Shown: one piece after another, positions 20,487-29,844 of the stretch
Layout of the letters: every line of letters begins with the position of its first letter
How positions within the stretch are numbered: the stretch's first letter is position 1
Assembly (NCBI GenBank): GCA_033808805.1
Contig: JAPXMY010000004.1
Location: 6,241-70,240 of the forward strand
Direction: 5' to 3'
DNA from: Erysipelotrichaceae bacterium
GTDB taxonomy: Bacteria > Bacillota_I > Bacilli_A > Erysipelotrichales > Erysipelotrichaceae
DNA length: 64,000 bases
Translations under genes and position numbers: made by a program
The notes under the pieces: model-generated
The model's database searches: none
What the model was told of the DNA's origin: nothing
The model's input: only the letters and a program-made list of their open reading frames with translations

Positions 20487-21236
20487 TTATTGCATATACT
20501 TTCCGCCATTAGCTAACAGCGCCTCGCCATTAACATAGTCGGACAGGTTAGAAGCTAAGAATAGTATGCAGTTAGCTATATCTTCACTTGTTCCCATACG
20601 ACCCAATGGCAAAGAAGAAAGGACATTTTGTCTGTATTCTGTGGTCCAAGTCTTGGTAATGTCTGTATCAACTGGACCAGGACAGACAGCATTAGCGTAA
20701 ATGCCTTTTTCTCCAAATTCAGCAGCAATATGTCTTACTAAATATAGCAAGCCGGCTTTCGAGGCTCCGTAAGAAGGAGAGGCTCCGAGATTTATATTTT
20801 TTCCAGCAGTAGAAGAAACCATAACAATTTTTCCTCCACCGTGTTTTAAAAACTCTTGTATGGCAATTTGTGAAAGAAACATAGGGTAAGTTAGATTAAC
20901 TCTTATTACTTGCTCCCATTGTTCAGGCGTCATTTCAAGAGTCGGTTGGCGTAGTGCCATTCCAGCATTACATACCAAGATATCTACTTTTTTAAATTTT
21001 TTTATAGCAAAAGAAAATATTTTTTCAACACTTGTCAGGTCATTCCCATCTGCAACAATGTATTCACAGATACCAAAAGCATTAATTTCGTTACAAACTT
21101 CTTGTAATTCTTTTTCTCTTCTTGAAGTAATAACAACTCGTGCTCCCTCTTTAGCGAAAGCAATAGCTGAAGCTTTCCCTATTCCGCTAGAAGCTCCTGT
21201 AATTATTGCGGTTTTATTTTTTAATAAAATATTCAT
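20487..21236 (-). CDS. Short-chain dehydrogenase/reductase (SDR)
   Basis: TGASSGIGKA cofactor motif and YGASKAG catalytic YxxxK. 249 aa. Divergent from the regulator gene with a 35-nt gap. Confidence 0.9.
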   Translation of the reverse strand: MNILLKNKTAIITGASSGIGKASAIAFAKEGARVVITSRREKELQEVCNEINAFGICEYIVADGNDLTSVEKIFSFAIKKFKKVDILVCNAGMALRQPTLEMTPEQWEQVIRVNLTYPMFLSQIAIQEFLKHGGGKIVMVSSTAGKNINLGASPSYGASKAGLLYLVRHIAAEFGEKGIYANAVCPGPVDTDITKTWTTEYRQNVLSSLPLGRMGTSEDIANCILFLASNLSDYVNGEALLANGGKYMQ

Positions 21237-21271
21237 AACAAATCCTCTCTTATTTATTCTATAATATTAAT

Positions 21272-22990
21272 ATGGAAAAAGTAAATGTATTGGTAATTGC
21301 TCCTTATGAGGGACTTAAGGAAACTTTTTTATCCGTTGCACCAGATTATGCAGATTTGATTAATCTGGATATTTATGTCGGGAATTTAGCTGAAGGGTTA
21401 GAAATTGTTAAAACAATAAAAAATCGCTATGATATTGTAATCTCTAGAGGTGGAACTGCTACTCTTATAAGAAAGTCAACAGATATGTTTGTAATGGATA
21501 TTACAATATCTGGTTATGATTTTATGCGAGCTTTTAAAATGGTTGAAAACATTCAAGGGAAAAAGGCGCTGGTTGGTTATGAAAATATAATAAAAGGAGC
21601 TCATAGTGTTGATGTATTTATGAACACGGGAGTAGATTTATTTACAATTACATCAAACGACCACCTCACAGACCTTTATAAAGAGTTGCAAAAACAGAAT
21701 TATGAACTGATTATTGGTGATACTGTTGCTTGTCAGGAGGCAGAGAAAAAAGGCATTAATAACCTGATGCTTATATCGGGCGAAGAAAGCGTTAAAGCAG
21801 CAATAGAGAACGCAATCATAATTGCACAGAGACTAAAGCGTGATAATGATAGGCTTTATTTTCTTGAGCTGATACATAATAGAAAGTCTTGGACAAGCGT
21901 AGTGTTTAACAGTAAAAAAGAAGTTGTAATGTTCTATTCGAAAGATGATAAATTGACTTTGTCAGCTGAAATGTTGAGGGAACATTTAACGCTGGAGAAT
22001 CACGACTTATACTTAGAAACAGAAGATGGTTTTTATGATTTAAATTATAGATCTTTAGATGATGGATATTTTTTGGTTCAATTTCGTAAAGTGTGGAATC
22101 AAAATCAAAGAATAAGAGGTGTTTATGTAATGAATGCCTCAGAAAAAAGTACTTTAAAAGAAAACTGGGCTGATAGATTCTTTTATAGTGAGAAAATACT
22201 TATGCTTATAGACAAAGCCTCAAAATCATCTCGATCAGTGCTTCTTGTTGGTGATACTGGTGCTGGGAAAATGGAGATTGCAGAATCAATACATTATTCT
22301 TCTTCAAACAAAAAATATGCTTTCTTTTCAGTAGATTGTTCAGTGGTCTCATATAATGACTTGTCAAGCTTTTTGGATATGATTAATGGGAAAAAAGGAA
22401 CACTTTGCTTCAGTTCTTTAGAGTGTCTTGATGATATGAGTCAGAGATATTTGTTAAAAGTAATTCCGCAGCTTAATAGAAACGGTTTAAGAATAGTAGG
22501 TGTAGCAAATACTAAGATTAATGATTTCCTTATTAACAAACAATTTGATGCAAGATTGCATAGAATTTTTGCTGAATTGTCATTTTTTGTTCCTAATATT
22601 GAAACAAATGATAAAAATTATACAAACATTATTAATCGTTTAATACTTAAAGCGAATGAAAACCAGGGAAGACAAATTACTGGGATTGATAATGATGCAA
22701 TTAAAGAATTGATTAGTTTTGACTGGATATATAATTATGATCAGCTTACAGTAGCGATAAACCAACTTGTAATGATGACAAATGATACGAGGATACGATT
22801 AGAAGATGTAAAAACACTGTTAAAGCCTTTATCGATAAAAGAAAAGCATAACATTTCGCTTGATGGAACGCTCGATGACATAGAGAAAAAAATTATTGAA
22901 ACAGTAATAAGACAAGAAGGTGGAAATGTTACCAAAGCTGCAGAGAGACTTGGCATAAGTAGAAGCACTATTTGGCGCAAAACCAAATAG
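21272..22990 (+). CDS. PrpR_N-domain transcriptional regulator with a degenerate AAA+ (sigma-54-activator-like) module and a C-terminal Fis-type HTH
   Basis: The N-terminus matches the PrpR-type sensor (VLVIAPYEGL...ISRGGTATLIRK). Walker A GDTGAGK at 22250-22270. There is no GAFTGA, and Walker B is replaced by CFSSLE. HTH is VTKAAERLGISRSTIWRK. Confidence 0.8.
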   Translation: MEKVNVLVIAPYEGLKETFLSVAPDYADLINLDIYVGNLAEGLEIVKTIKNRYDIVISRGGTATLIRKSTDMFVMDITISGYDFMRAFKMVENIQGKKALVGYENIIKGAHSVDVFMNTGVDLFTITSNDHLTDLYKELQKQNYELIIGDTVACQEAEKKGINNLMLISGEESVKAAIENAIIIAQRLKRDNDRLYFLELIHNRKSWTSVVFNSKKEVVMFYSKDDKLTLSAEMLREHLTLENHDLYLETEDGFYDLNYRSLDDGYFLVQFRKVWNQNQRIRGVYVMNASEKSTLKENWADRFFYSEKILMLIDKASKSSRSVLLVGDTGAGKMEIAESIHYSSSNKKYAFFSVDCSVVSYNDLSSFLDMINGKKGTLCFSSLECLDDMSQRYLLKVIPQLNRNGLRIVGVANTKINDFLINKQFDARLHRIFAELSFFVPNIETNDKNYTNIINRLILKANENQGRQITGIDNDAIKELISFDWIYNYDQLTVAINQLVMMTNDTRIRLEDVKTLLKPLSIKEKHNISLDGTLDDIEKKIIETVIRQEGGNVTKAAERLGISRSTIWRKTK

Positions 22991-23167
22991 AGATTCAAAA
23001 TCAAATTTTTTATAACCCCTATTTTACAACAACTTAGGCAACTACATGTCTAGGTTTTTTAATTTCAATTCAATATAAACAGGTGTATTAATAAAGGCGT
23101 TTCCAACATATTTAAGATAACCATGCACAAAAATACATGGATATCCCAATGACAAATGGCACAAAAA

Positions 23168-23203
23168 TGTTTCAAAAACGAACAAACGTTACATATTGAA
23201 ACA
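23168..23203. promoter_or_regulatory. Split inverted repeat TGTTTCAA-N20-TTGAAACA (candidate regulator site)
   Basis: Half-sites at 23168-23175 and 23196-23203. An inner AACG/CGTT dyad is also present. Confidence 0.4.
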
Positions 23204-23228
23204 CTTATTAAAATTTATTTATTTTTTG

Positions 23229-23257
23229 TTGCAAAAAGAAAGTCAATATATTATGAT
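23229..23257 (+). promoter_or_regulatory. Candidate sigma-A promoter of the catabolic operon
   Basis: TTGCAA (23229-23234), 17-nt spacer, TATGAT (23252-23257). An alternative -10 TATAAT lies at 23286-23291. Confidence 0.4.
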
Positions 23258-23290
23258 TAAGATAAATAAATAACATATAGGTGTTTATAA

Positions 23291-23307
23291 TGTTTCAAAT
23301 TGAAACA
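23291..23307. promoter_or_regulatory. Perfect palindrome TGTTTCAA-a-TTGAAACA (candidate operator)
   Basis: 8-nt arms with a 1-nt centre, the same half-site as the upstream split repeat. It lies between the promoter candidates and the RBS of the first operon gene. Confidence 0.45.
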
Positions 23308-23329
23308 AAAGGGGAAAAGAGGAGATAAT

Positions 23330-24397
23330 ATGAATAAACTTCCAATTGTCGGAATTACTATGGGCGATCCAGCTGGTAATGGGCCTGAAATAACTGTAAA
23401 GGCTTTAGCTGATTCATCAATGTATGAAAAGTGCAAGCCTCTTGTGGTGGGAGATGCTCGTATGATTGAAAAAGCAGCCAAAATTGTTGGCCATCCTGAA
23501 ATAAAAATTAATAGAATAGAATGTCCCAATGAAGGATTGTATACTTATGGAACAATTGATGTGCTCCATTTGGATCTTATAAAAAATGTTGATACATTTC
23601 AGTATGGAAAAGTTAGTGCTGAAGCAGGAAATGCTGCTTTTGTATCAGTCAAGAAAGTAATAGAACTAGCTTTGGATGGTCAAGTAGACGCAACAGTTAC
23701 CAATGCTTTAAACAAGGAAGCCATGAATTTAGCAATCAGTAAGGATGGATTGAATTTCGATGGCCATACAGAAATATATGCTACGTATACTAATACTAAA
23801 AAATATACAATGATGCTTGCTCATCATGATTTTAGAGTAGTTCATGTTTCCACTCATGTTTCTATGAGAGAAGCTTGTGACTTAGTAAAAAAGGATAGAG
23901 TTTTTGAGGTAATAGAATTTGCCTATAATGCATGTAAAGATTTAGATATTGAAAATCCTAAAGTTGGTGTCTGTGGATTAAATCCACATGCAGGAGAAAA
24001 TGGTTTATTTGGAAACGAAGAAATTGAGGAAATTATTCCAGCAATTAACAAAGCTAAAGAAAAGGGAATAAATGCTATTGGTCCCTTACCACCTGACAGT
24101 GCATTCTCTCAAATGATAGGTGGATGGTACGACATTGTAGTTTGCATGTATCATGACCAAGGTCATATTCCTACAAAAACCATTGGTTTTGTTTATGATC
24201 GAGAAAAAAAGAAGTGGAAGGCAGTGGAAGGTATAAATGTGACTCTAGGATTGCCTATTATACGTACTTCAGTTGACCATGGAACTGGATTTAGATCAGC
24301 TGGGAAAGGAACAAGCAATGAACTTAGTTTGGTTAGTGCTATAGAATATGCGATTAGAATGGCAAGAACAAAAAGAAAAAAGGAGGGCTTGCAATGA
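23330..24397 (+). CDS. PdxA-family NAD(P)-dependent 4-phospho-hydroxyacid dehydrogenase (PdxA2-like)
   Basis: IVGITMGDPAGNGPEI N-terminus, HTEIY, GLNPHAGENG and DHGT motifs of the PdxA family. ATG 23330 follows AGAGGAG. Confidence 0.85.
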   Translation: MNKLPIVGITMGDPAGNGPEITVKALADSSMYEKCKPLVVGDARMIEKAAKIVGHPEIKINRIECPNEGLYTYGTIDVLHLDLIKNVDTFQYGKVSAEAGNAAFVSVKKVIELALDGQVDATVTNALNKEAMNLAISKDGLNFDGHTEIYATYTNTKKYTMMLAHHDFRVVHVSTHVSMREACDLVKKDRVFEVIEFAYNACKDLDIENPKVGVCGLNPHAGENGLFGNEEIEEIIPAINKAKEKGINAIGPLPPDSAFSQMIGGWYDIVVCMYHDQGHIPTKTIGFVYDREKKKWKAVEGINVTLGLPIIRTSVDHGTGFRSAGKGTSNELSLVSAIEYAIRMARTKRKKEGLQ

Positions 24398-25368
24398 AAA
24401 TAGTTATGACTCAGTCCGTTTGTAGAGAAGGCCTAGAAATAATGGATAAAAATGGCATAAGTTATTACGATGCTAATGGCAATAATCCTAATAACTATTT
24501 AGATTTAATGAGTGACGCTGATGGAATAATAGTCAGGATTGCAACCTGTGATGCTAATGTCATTGAAAATTCTCCAAATCTTAAAGTTATAGGTAGAACA
24601 GGTGTTGGCTATGATTATGTTGATGTGAAAAAAGCAACTGAAAAAGGTATACCTGTTGTAATAACTCCAGGAGCAAATAATAGAAGCGTTGCTGAACATA
24701 CTGTAGCAACCATACTGGCAATGTCCAAAAATTTATATGAGTCAGAAAGTGAGTTTAGAAAAGGTAACTGGAACATTAGAGGCAACGGAAAAATCATTGA
24801 AATTGAACACAAGACAGTTGGCATAATAGGAATGGGCAACATTGGGAAAATTGTTTGTGATTTGTGCAATGGTTTAGGAATGTGCGTCTTGGGTTTTGAT
24901 ACTTTCTTCAGCAAAGATCAAATTGAAGAAATGGGGGCTGAATATTGTGCAGATAAAGAAGAATTATTGAAACAATCAGATTTTATTACTGTTCACATCC
25001 CATTATTTGAAACAACAAGAAATACAATTGCTAAAAAAGAATTTGAAATAATGAAGAAAACAGCTTTTCTTATAAATACCAGTAGAGGAGGAATTGTAAA
25101 CGAAAACGATTTAGTAGAAGCACTGAAAAATGGAGAAATTGCTGGAGCATCACTTGATGTATATAGCCAGGAACCTCTTGAAATGAATAATTCGTTGTTT
25201 TCAGCTCCGAATTTAATGATGACACCTCATATAGCTGCCCAAAGCAAAGAGGCAATCGTGAAAATGGCTGAGATGTGTGTTAACGGAATGATAGCTGTAT
25301 TAAATGGAGAAAAATGGCCTTATGTTGCAGACAAAGCAGTATACGAACATCCAAGATGGAAAGGATAA
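24394..25368 (+). CDS. D-isomer-specific 2-hydroxyacid dehydrogenase (PdxB/SerA/GhrB-like)
   Basis: NAD fold VGIIGMGNIGK. Catalytic-region motifs NRSVAEH, TSRGGIV, LDVYSQEP, TPHIAA. ATGA overlap with the PdxA-family gene. Confidence 0.85.
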   Translation: MKIVMTQSVCREGLEIMDKNGISYYDANGNNPNNYLDLMSDADGIIVRIATCDANVIENSPNLKVIGRTGVGYDYVDVKKATEKGIPVVITPGANNRSVAEHTVATILAMSKNLYESESEFRKGNWNIRGNGKIIEIEHKTVGIIGMGNIGKIVCDLCNGLGMCVLGFDTFFSKDQIEEMGAEYCADKEELLKQSDFITVHIPLFETTRNTIAKKEFEIMKKTAFLINTSRGGIVNENDLVEALKNGEIAGASLDVYSQEPLEMNNSLFSAPNLMMTPHIAAQSKEAIVKMAEMCVNGMIAVLNGEKWPYVADKAVYEHPRWKG

Positions 25369-25372
25369 TAAT

Positions 25373-26560
25373 ATGAAAAAAATTATGGTAATTGCGGATG
25401 ATTTAACTGGGGCTTGCGATACTGGGATAAAGTTCACTCAAAAAGGATATAGGACTAGGGTAATTGTGCCAAAAGAAAATGATAAATCTCTTTTGGATGA
25501 AAGTGTGGATGTTTTCTCTATAACGACTGATACAAGAAACTGCGATTCTAAAGAAGCAAAAATAATTATGAGCAAAATGTTAGATTTTTATGGAGATAAT
25601 TACCACTTCTATAAAAAAATTGATTCAGTTTTAAGAGGAAATATTATCAGTGAACTAGATGTCTTTTTGGAAAAGGGATACGCAAAAAAAGCTATTATCT
25701 GTCCTTCCTTCATAGAAGAAGGAAGAACGTTGGAAAACGGATTTCTTCGAATCAGCAGATCAGAAGGCGAAGCAATAATGAATGTTGGAGAAGCTCTTGG
25801 GTTGAATAGCTGGGAGCACGTTTCCCTTGAAACTGTAAGAGCTGGCCATGAATTTATTGTTGAAAAAGTAAAAAACAGCTATCAAAAATACATAATAATA
25901 GATGCTGTTACAAACGAGGATTTAGAAATTGTCGCAAAAGCTTGTGAAATGCTACCAGAATGTATTCCTGCGGGAAGCTCAGGACTTGCTAGATATTATT
26001 ACGAGCCAATATATCCAAAGAAAATGAGTGGAGTTGAATTTGAAAAAAAAGGAGTGCCTTTAATAGTTGTCGGTACTAAAAATCCAATTACCGTAAGGCA
26101 GGTACAAAAGCTTAAAGAAGTGGAAAATTTGGAAGTTTATTTAGTGTATATAGCCAATGACGGAGTAACGGTGATGAGTACTGCTGTTTTAGAAGAGAAG
26201 AGTAACAAGAAAGGAATTCTGTTGACTACGAATGTTGTTTACTTCAATGAAGAAAATACAGATTATCTATTATATAGAAATTTCAGCAATGAAAATATAA
26301 AAGAAATTATTGCAAAAGAAGCATTTCATATATATAGCAAAAATGATATTTCATCAATAATTGCAACAGGAGGTGATACTGGCTCTTGTGTGCTTGAATC
26401 ACTAGGATTAGACAGAATAGATCTCGTAGAGGAAGTAATGCTTGGCATACCTTATGGAGTAGCAAGTGGCACAAAAGGAAAAAAAGTGAAAATTGTTACT
26501 AAGTCAGGTGGGTTTGGCAAAGAAGATGCACTTATAAAACTATTTGAATATATGAGGTAA
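25373..26560 (+). CDS. Four-carbon acid-sugar kinase family protein (DUF1537; OtnK/DtnK-like)
   Basis: The N-terminal IADDLTGACDTG motif is characteristic of DUF1537. C-terminal GGDTG nucleotide-binding segment. ATG 25373 (the track start at 25304 is an extension overlapping the upstream gene). Confidence 0.8.
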   Translation: MKKIMVIADDLTGACDTGIKFTQKGYRTRVIVPKENDKSLLDESVDVFSITTDTRNCDSKEAKIIMSKMLDFYGDNYHFYKKIDSVLRGNIISELDVFLEKGYAKKAIICPSFIEEGRTLENGFLRISRSEGEAIMNVGEALGLNSWEHVSLETVRAGHEFIVEKVKNSYQKYIIIDAVTNEDLEIVAKACEMLPECIPAGSSGLARYYYEPIYPKKMSGVEFEKKGVPLIVVGTKNPITVRQVQKLKEVENLEVYLVYIANDGVTVMSTAVLEEKSNKKGILLTTNVVYFNEENTDYLLYRNFSNENIKEIIAKEAFHIYSKNDISSIIATGGDTGSCVLESLGLDRIDLVEEVMLGIPYGVASGTKGKKVKIVTKSGGFGKEDALIKLFEYMR

Positions 26561-26564
26561 TAAT

Positions 26565-27443
26565 ATGAAGTATCCAAAAGGCTTAATTGCAGCAATGTCA
26601 ACGCCATTTTATGAAGATGAAACATTAAATGAAAAAGAACTAAGACATCAAGTAGATCGCTTAATTGATGCGGGGGTTCATGGAATATTTACGCTAGGAA
26701 CAAATGGTGAAAATTATACGATGGGCTTTGATGAAAAAGTTAAAGTTATGGAAATAGTTATTGACCAAGTTAGACATAGAGTACCAGTTTTTGTTGGAAC
26801 AGGTTGTGTAACCACTAAGGAAACTTTGGCGCTCAGTAAGAAAGCAAAAGAATTTGGTGCTGAATATCTATCTATCATTTCTCCTTGGTTTGCGCAAAGC
26901 ACTCAGGAAAATTTATATGAACATTTTTCCACAGTTGCCAAGGAAGTAAACATTCCCATAGTTATATACAACATGCCTGCTAGGACAGGAGTCAATGTTG
27001 ATTATAAAACAATGGAAAAATTAGCGAAATTTGAAAATATTGTTGGCATTAAGGACTCCAGTGGAAACTTTGACAATATGCAGAGATATTTAGAAATACC
27101 AGGTCGTAAATTTTCGGTCTTATCTGGAAATGACTCCTTGATACTCCCGTGCCTTTTGGCAGGCGGTCAAGGGGGTATAAGCGGCTTATCAAACGTAATT
27201 CCAGATAGAATGGTAAAAATTGTTACAGAATATGAAAAGGGAAACATTGAAGAAGCTTGGAAATTACAGCGTAGTATAAGACCGCTAAGGGATTGCATGC
27301 AAATGGCTAATCCAAATTCGGTAGTAAAATGTGCAGCAGGTATATTAGGTGAAAATTTGGGTCCCTGCAGAGCACCTTTCAATATAAATGATGAAAACTT
27401 GAAGCAAGCTATAGTGAAAAGTTTAGCATTGATTAATGATTAA
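26565..27443 (+). CDS. DapA/NanA-family class I (Schiff-base) aldolase, paralogue 1
   Basis: GTNGE, YNMPARTG and the Schiff-base lysine context GIKDSSGN. 292 aa. Confidence 0.85.
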   Translation: MKYPKGLIAAMSTPFYEDETLNEKELRHQVDRLIDAGVHGIFTLGTNGENYTMGFDEKVKVMEIVIDQVRHRVPVFVGTGCVTTKETLALSKKAKEFGAEYLSIISPWFAQSTQENLYEHFSTVAKEVNIPIVIYNMPARTGVNVDYKTMEKLAKFENIVGIKDSSGNFDNMQRYLEIPGRKFSVLSGNDSLILPCLLAGGQGGISGLSNVIPDRMVKIVTEYEKGNIEEAWKLQRSIRPLRDCMQMANPNSVVKCAAGILGENLGPCRAPFNINDENLKQAIVKSLALIND

Positions 27444-27461
27444 AAAGGAGATGAAGTCAGT

Positions 27462-28616
27462 ATGTTAGAAAAATTTACTTTAACAGTCCCACAAAATGTA
27501 TATTGTGGTAAAGGAACTTTAGACAAACTTCCTGAATTGTTGAGACAAAAAAAGTTGAAAAATATCGCAATTATTGTAGATAAAACAGTTTCAACATTAG
27601 ATGTATATAAAAAACTAAATAACAAGCTTAAACTTGAATTCAACATTAAGCAATTTACAGATGTACCACCTGAGCCAACAGATGAACAGGTTAAAAAAGT
27701 GGCAGATAGCGTTATGGAATTTGATACTGAAGTAATTGTAGCAATTGGTGGTGGAAGTGTAATGGATTCTGCTAAATTCATATCTGTTATGTTGACTAAT
27801 CCAGATTTTTATGTTGATCTTACTGATAAAGAGAAAATTGTAAATAGACCTATTCCTTTGATTTGCATTCCGACATCCGCTGGAACAGGAAGTGAAGCGA
27901 CACCAAATGCAATTATTTTAATCCCCAAAAAACAAGTTAAAGTAGGTGTGGTACATAATTATTTTCTACCTTCAGATGTAATTTTAGATCCATTAATGAC
28001 AAAATCATTGCCTAAAGCAGTTACTGCTGCTACAGGATTGGACGCATTCTGCCATTGTATTGAAACATATATTTCCAAAAAAACAAATCCCTTTGCCAGA
28101 CTATTCGGTTTGGAGGGGATTAAGCTAATAAATAAATATCTAAAAACGGCTTATGATAATCCCGATGATATGGAGGCTAGAGAGGGAATGGCTATAGCTG
28201 CATTTTATGGAGGTGTGGCTATAACATCTTCATCTACTGTTGCTATTCATGCTTTGTCATATCCACTTGGTGGATCGTACAATATTCCTCATGGTATTTC
28301 TAATGCCGTACTATTACCATATGTAATGGAATACAATATGGATGCAATTGAAGATAGCATTCCAGCTTTGTGTGATGCAATGGGATTGGATAATAAAGAT
28401 TTAAATATTAAAGAAAAAGGTGAATGGTTGGTAAAAGAAATATTTGCGTTATGCGAATATTTAAATATTCCGAAAAGCATAGTTCAGTTTGGTGTCAAAT
28501 CTGAAGATTTAGATAGATTAGCAGCATCAGCTAGTGAGGTTCGAAGACTTCTTGATCAGAATCCAAAACAAATGTCACTTGAAGACATTAAGTCGATATA
28601 TATTCAACTTTTATAG
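27462..28616 (+). CDS. Iron-containing (group III) alcohol dehydrogenase
   Basis: GGGSVMDSAK nucleotide-binding motif. His-rich metal-site segments (DAFCHCIE, HALSYPLG). 384 aa. Confidence 0.85.
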   Translation: MLEKFTLTVPQNVYCGKGTLDKLPELLRQKKLKNIAIIVDKTVSTLDVYKKLNNKLKLEFNIKQFTDVPPEPTDEQVKKVADSVMEFDTEVIVAIGGGSVMDSAKFISVMLTNPDFYVDLTDKEKIVNRPIPLICIPTSAGTGSEATPNAIILIPKKQVKVGVVHNYFLPSDVILDPLMTKSLPKAVTAATGLDAFCHCIETYISKKTNPFARLFGLEGIKLINKYLKTAYDNPDDMEAREGMAIAAFYGGVAITSSSTVAIHALSYPLGGSYNIPHGISNAVLLPYVMEYNMDAIEDSIPALCDAMGLDNKDLNIKEKGEWLVKEIFALCEYLNIPKSIVQFGVKSEDLDRLAASASEVRRLLDQNPKQMSLEDIKSIYIQLL

Positions 28617-28666
28617 TTGATTAAAATATATTTTCATAAAAGAAAAGAAAGGGAGGAAAAATTTTT

Positions 28667-29818
28667 ATGAAAAAAATAATTACTTTATTATTGGCACTGT
28701 TAATGATTTTTTCATTTACTGGTTGTAATGGCAATGATAATAAACCCGGTGAAGATGATAAACCAATTAAAATTGGTTTAACAGATGCGTTCACAGGTGA
28801 TAGAGCAGGGAATGGACAGTACACAAAAGAAGGTGTCGAAATGTTCCTTGAAGACATTAATAGCAAAGGTGGAGTCTTAGGACGTGAGGTTATAGTTGTA
28901 TTTGAAGATGACCAGGGCAATGAAACCGCAGCTGTTAATGCTTATCAGAAACTAATTTTAGAAAATGAAGACTTAAGTGCAGTAGTTCTTAACAAATATT
29001 CTTCAGTTGTTCTAGCTATGGAGCCATATGTTGCTGATAGTAAAATTCCAGCAATATGCTCAGGTTCTAACGTTAAAATTGAAGAATGTACAAATCCATA
29101 CCTTTACTCAACTCGCCGTTCTGATTATGGTTCAGGCGCTACTATGGCTGCTTTCATCAAGCAGGAGGGTGCTAAGAGAGTTGCAATTCTTTATTCACCA
29201 GATGCTTTAGGAAAAGGAATGAGTGAAATTGTAATCGAGAAATTACAGGAAGCTGGCATTGAAGTTGTTTCAACTCAGCAATTCTCTGAAGGTGAAAAAC
29301 AATTTGCTAACTATGTAGCAAAAATAAAAGATTCAAATCCTGACTTTATTGTCTGTATTGCTCAAACTTCAGAAACTGGCTTAATTGTAAAAGCAATATA
29401 TGATGCTGGATTAAATCATATTAAGTGCATTGGCAATTCTGCATTTGCACAAGCAACCACAATTGAGCAAGCAGGTATAGAGGCTTCAGAAGGTTGGTAT
29501 TCTATTACAGCATTTGCCGCTGGCACAGAGGAAGAACCAACTGCATCGTGGATTAGAAGATACACTGAAAAATATGGACATGCTCCTGAAATGACTTCAG
29601 TTACAACGTATGATGCTTTATCAATGATTTGTTATGCAATAGAACAAGCTAATTCAACCGATCCTGAAGCTGTAAATGCAGAGTTAAAGAAACTTTTAAA
29701 TTTTGAAGGTGTCGTTGCTACTTACAGTTATAATGGAAATCCAATGTTGGCCAACTCTGAGTTTGTTATTCAGATTCAAGGTGGTAAGGCTATAGTATTA
29801 ACCAAAGTTATTGGTTAA
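28667..29818 (+). CDS. ABC transporter substrate-binding lipoprotein, LivJ/K (Peripla_BP_6) type
   Basis: Signal peptide with lipobox FSFTGC. IKIGLTDAFTGDRA start is typical of branched-chain-amino-acid-type binding proteins. Confidence 0.8.
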   Translation: MKKIITLLLALLMIFSFTGCNGNDNKPGEDDKPIKIGLTDAFTGDRAGNGQYTKEGVEMFLEDINSKGGVLGREVIVVFEDDQGNETAAVNAYQKLILENEDLSAVVLNKYSSVVLAMEPYVADSKIPAICSGSNVKIEECTNPYLYSTRRSDYGSGATMAAFIKQEGAKRVAILYSPDALGKGMSEIVIEKLQEAGIEVVSTQQFSEGEKQFANYVAKIKDSNPDFIVCIAQTSETGLIVKAIYDAGLNHIKCIGNSAFAQATTIEQAGIEASEGWYSITAFAAGTEEEPTASWIRRYTEKYGHAPEMTSVTTYDALSMICYAIEQANSTDPEAVNAELKKLLNFEGVVATYSYNGNPMLANSEFVIQIQGGKAIVLTKVIG

Positions 29819-29844
29819 TTGTAAAGTTAATCATTTTAATAATT

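Noticed and set aside
23157-23172. A TGGCAC hexamer resembling the -24 element of a sigma-54 promoter, upstream of the catabolic operon and next to a sigma-54-activator-like regulator.
   Set aside because: The position where the -12 TTGCW element should be reads TGTTT, so there is no GC dinucleotide. The regulator also lacks GAFTGA. A good sigma-A-type promoter lies downstream. I treated the hexamer as part of the GCACAAAAAT repeat instead.
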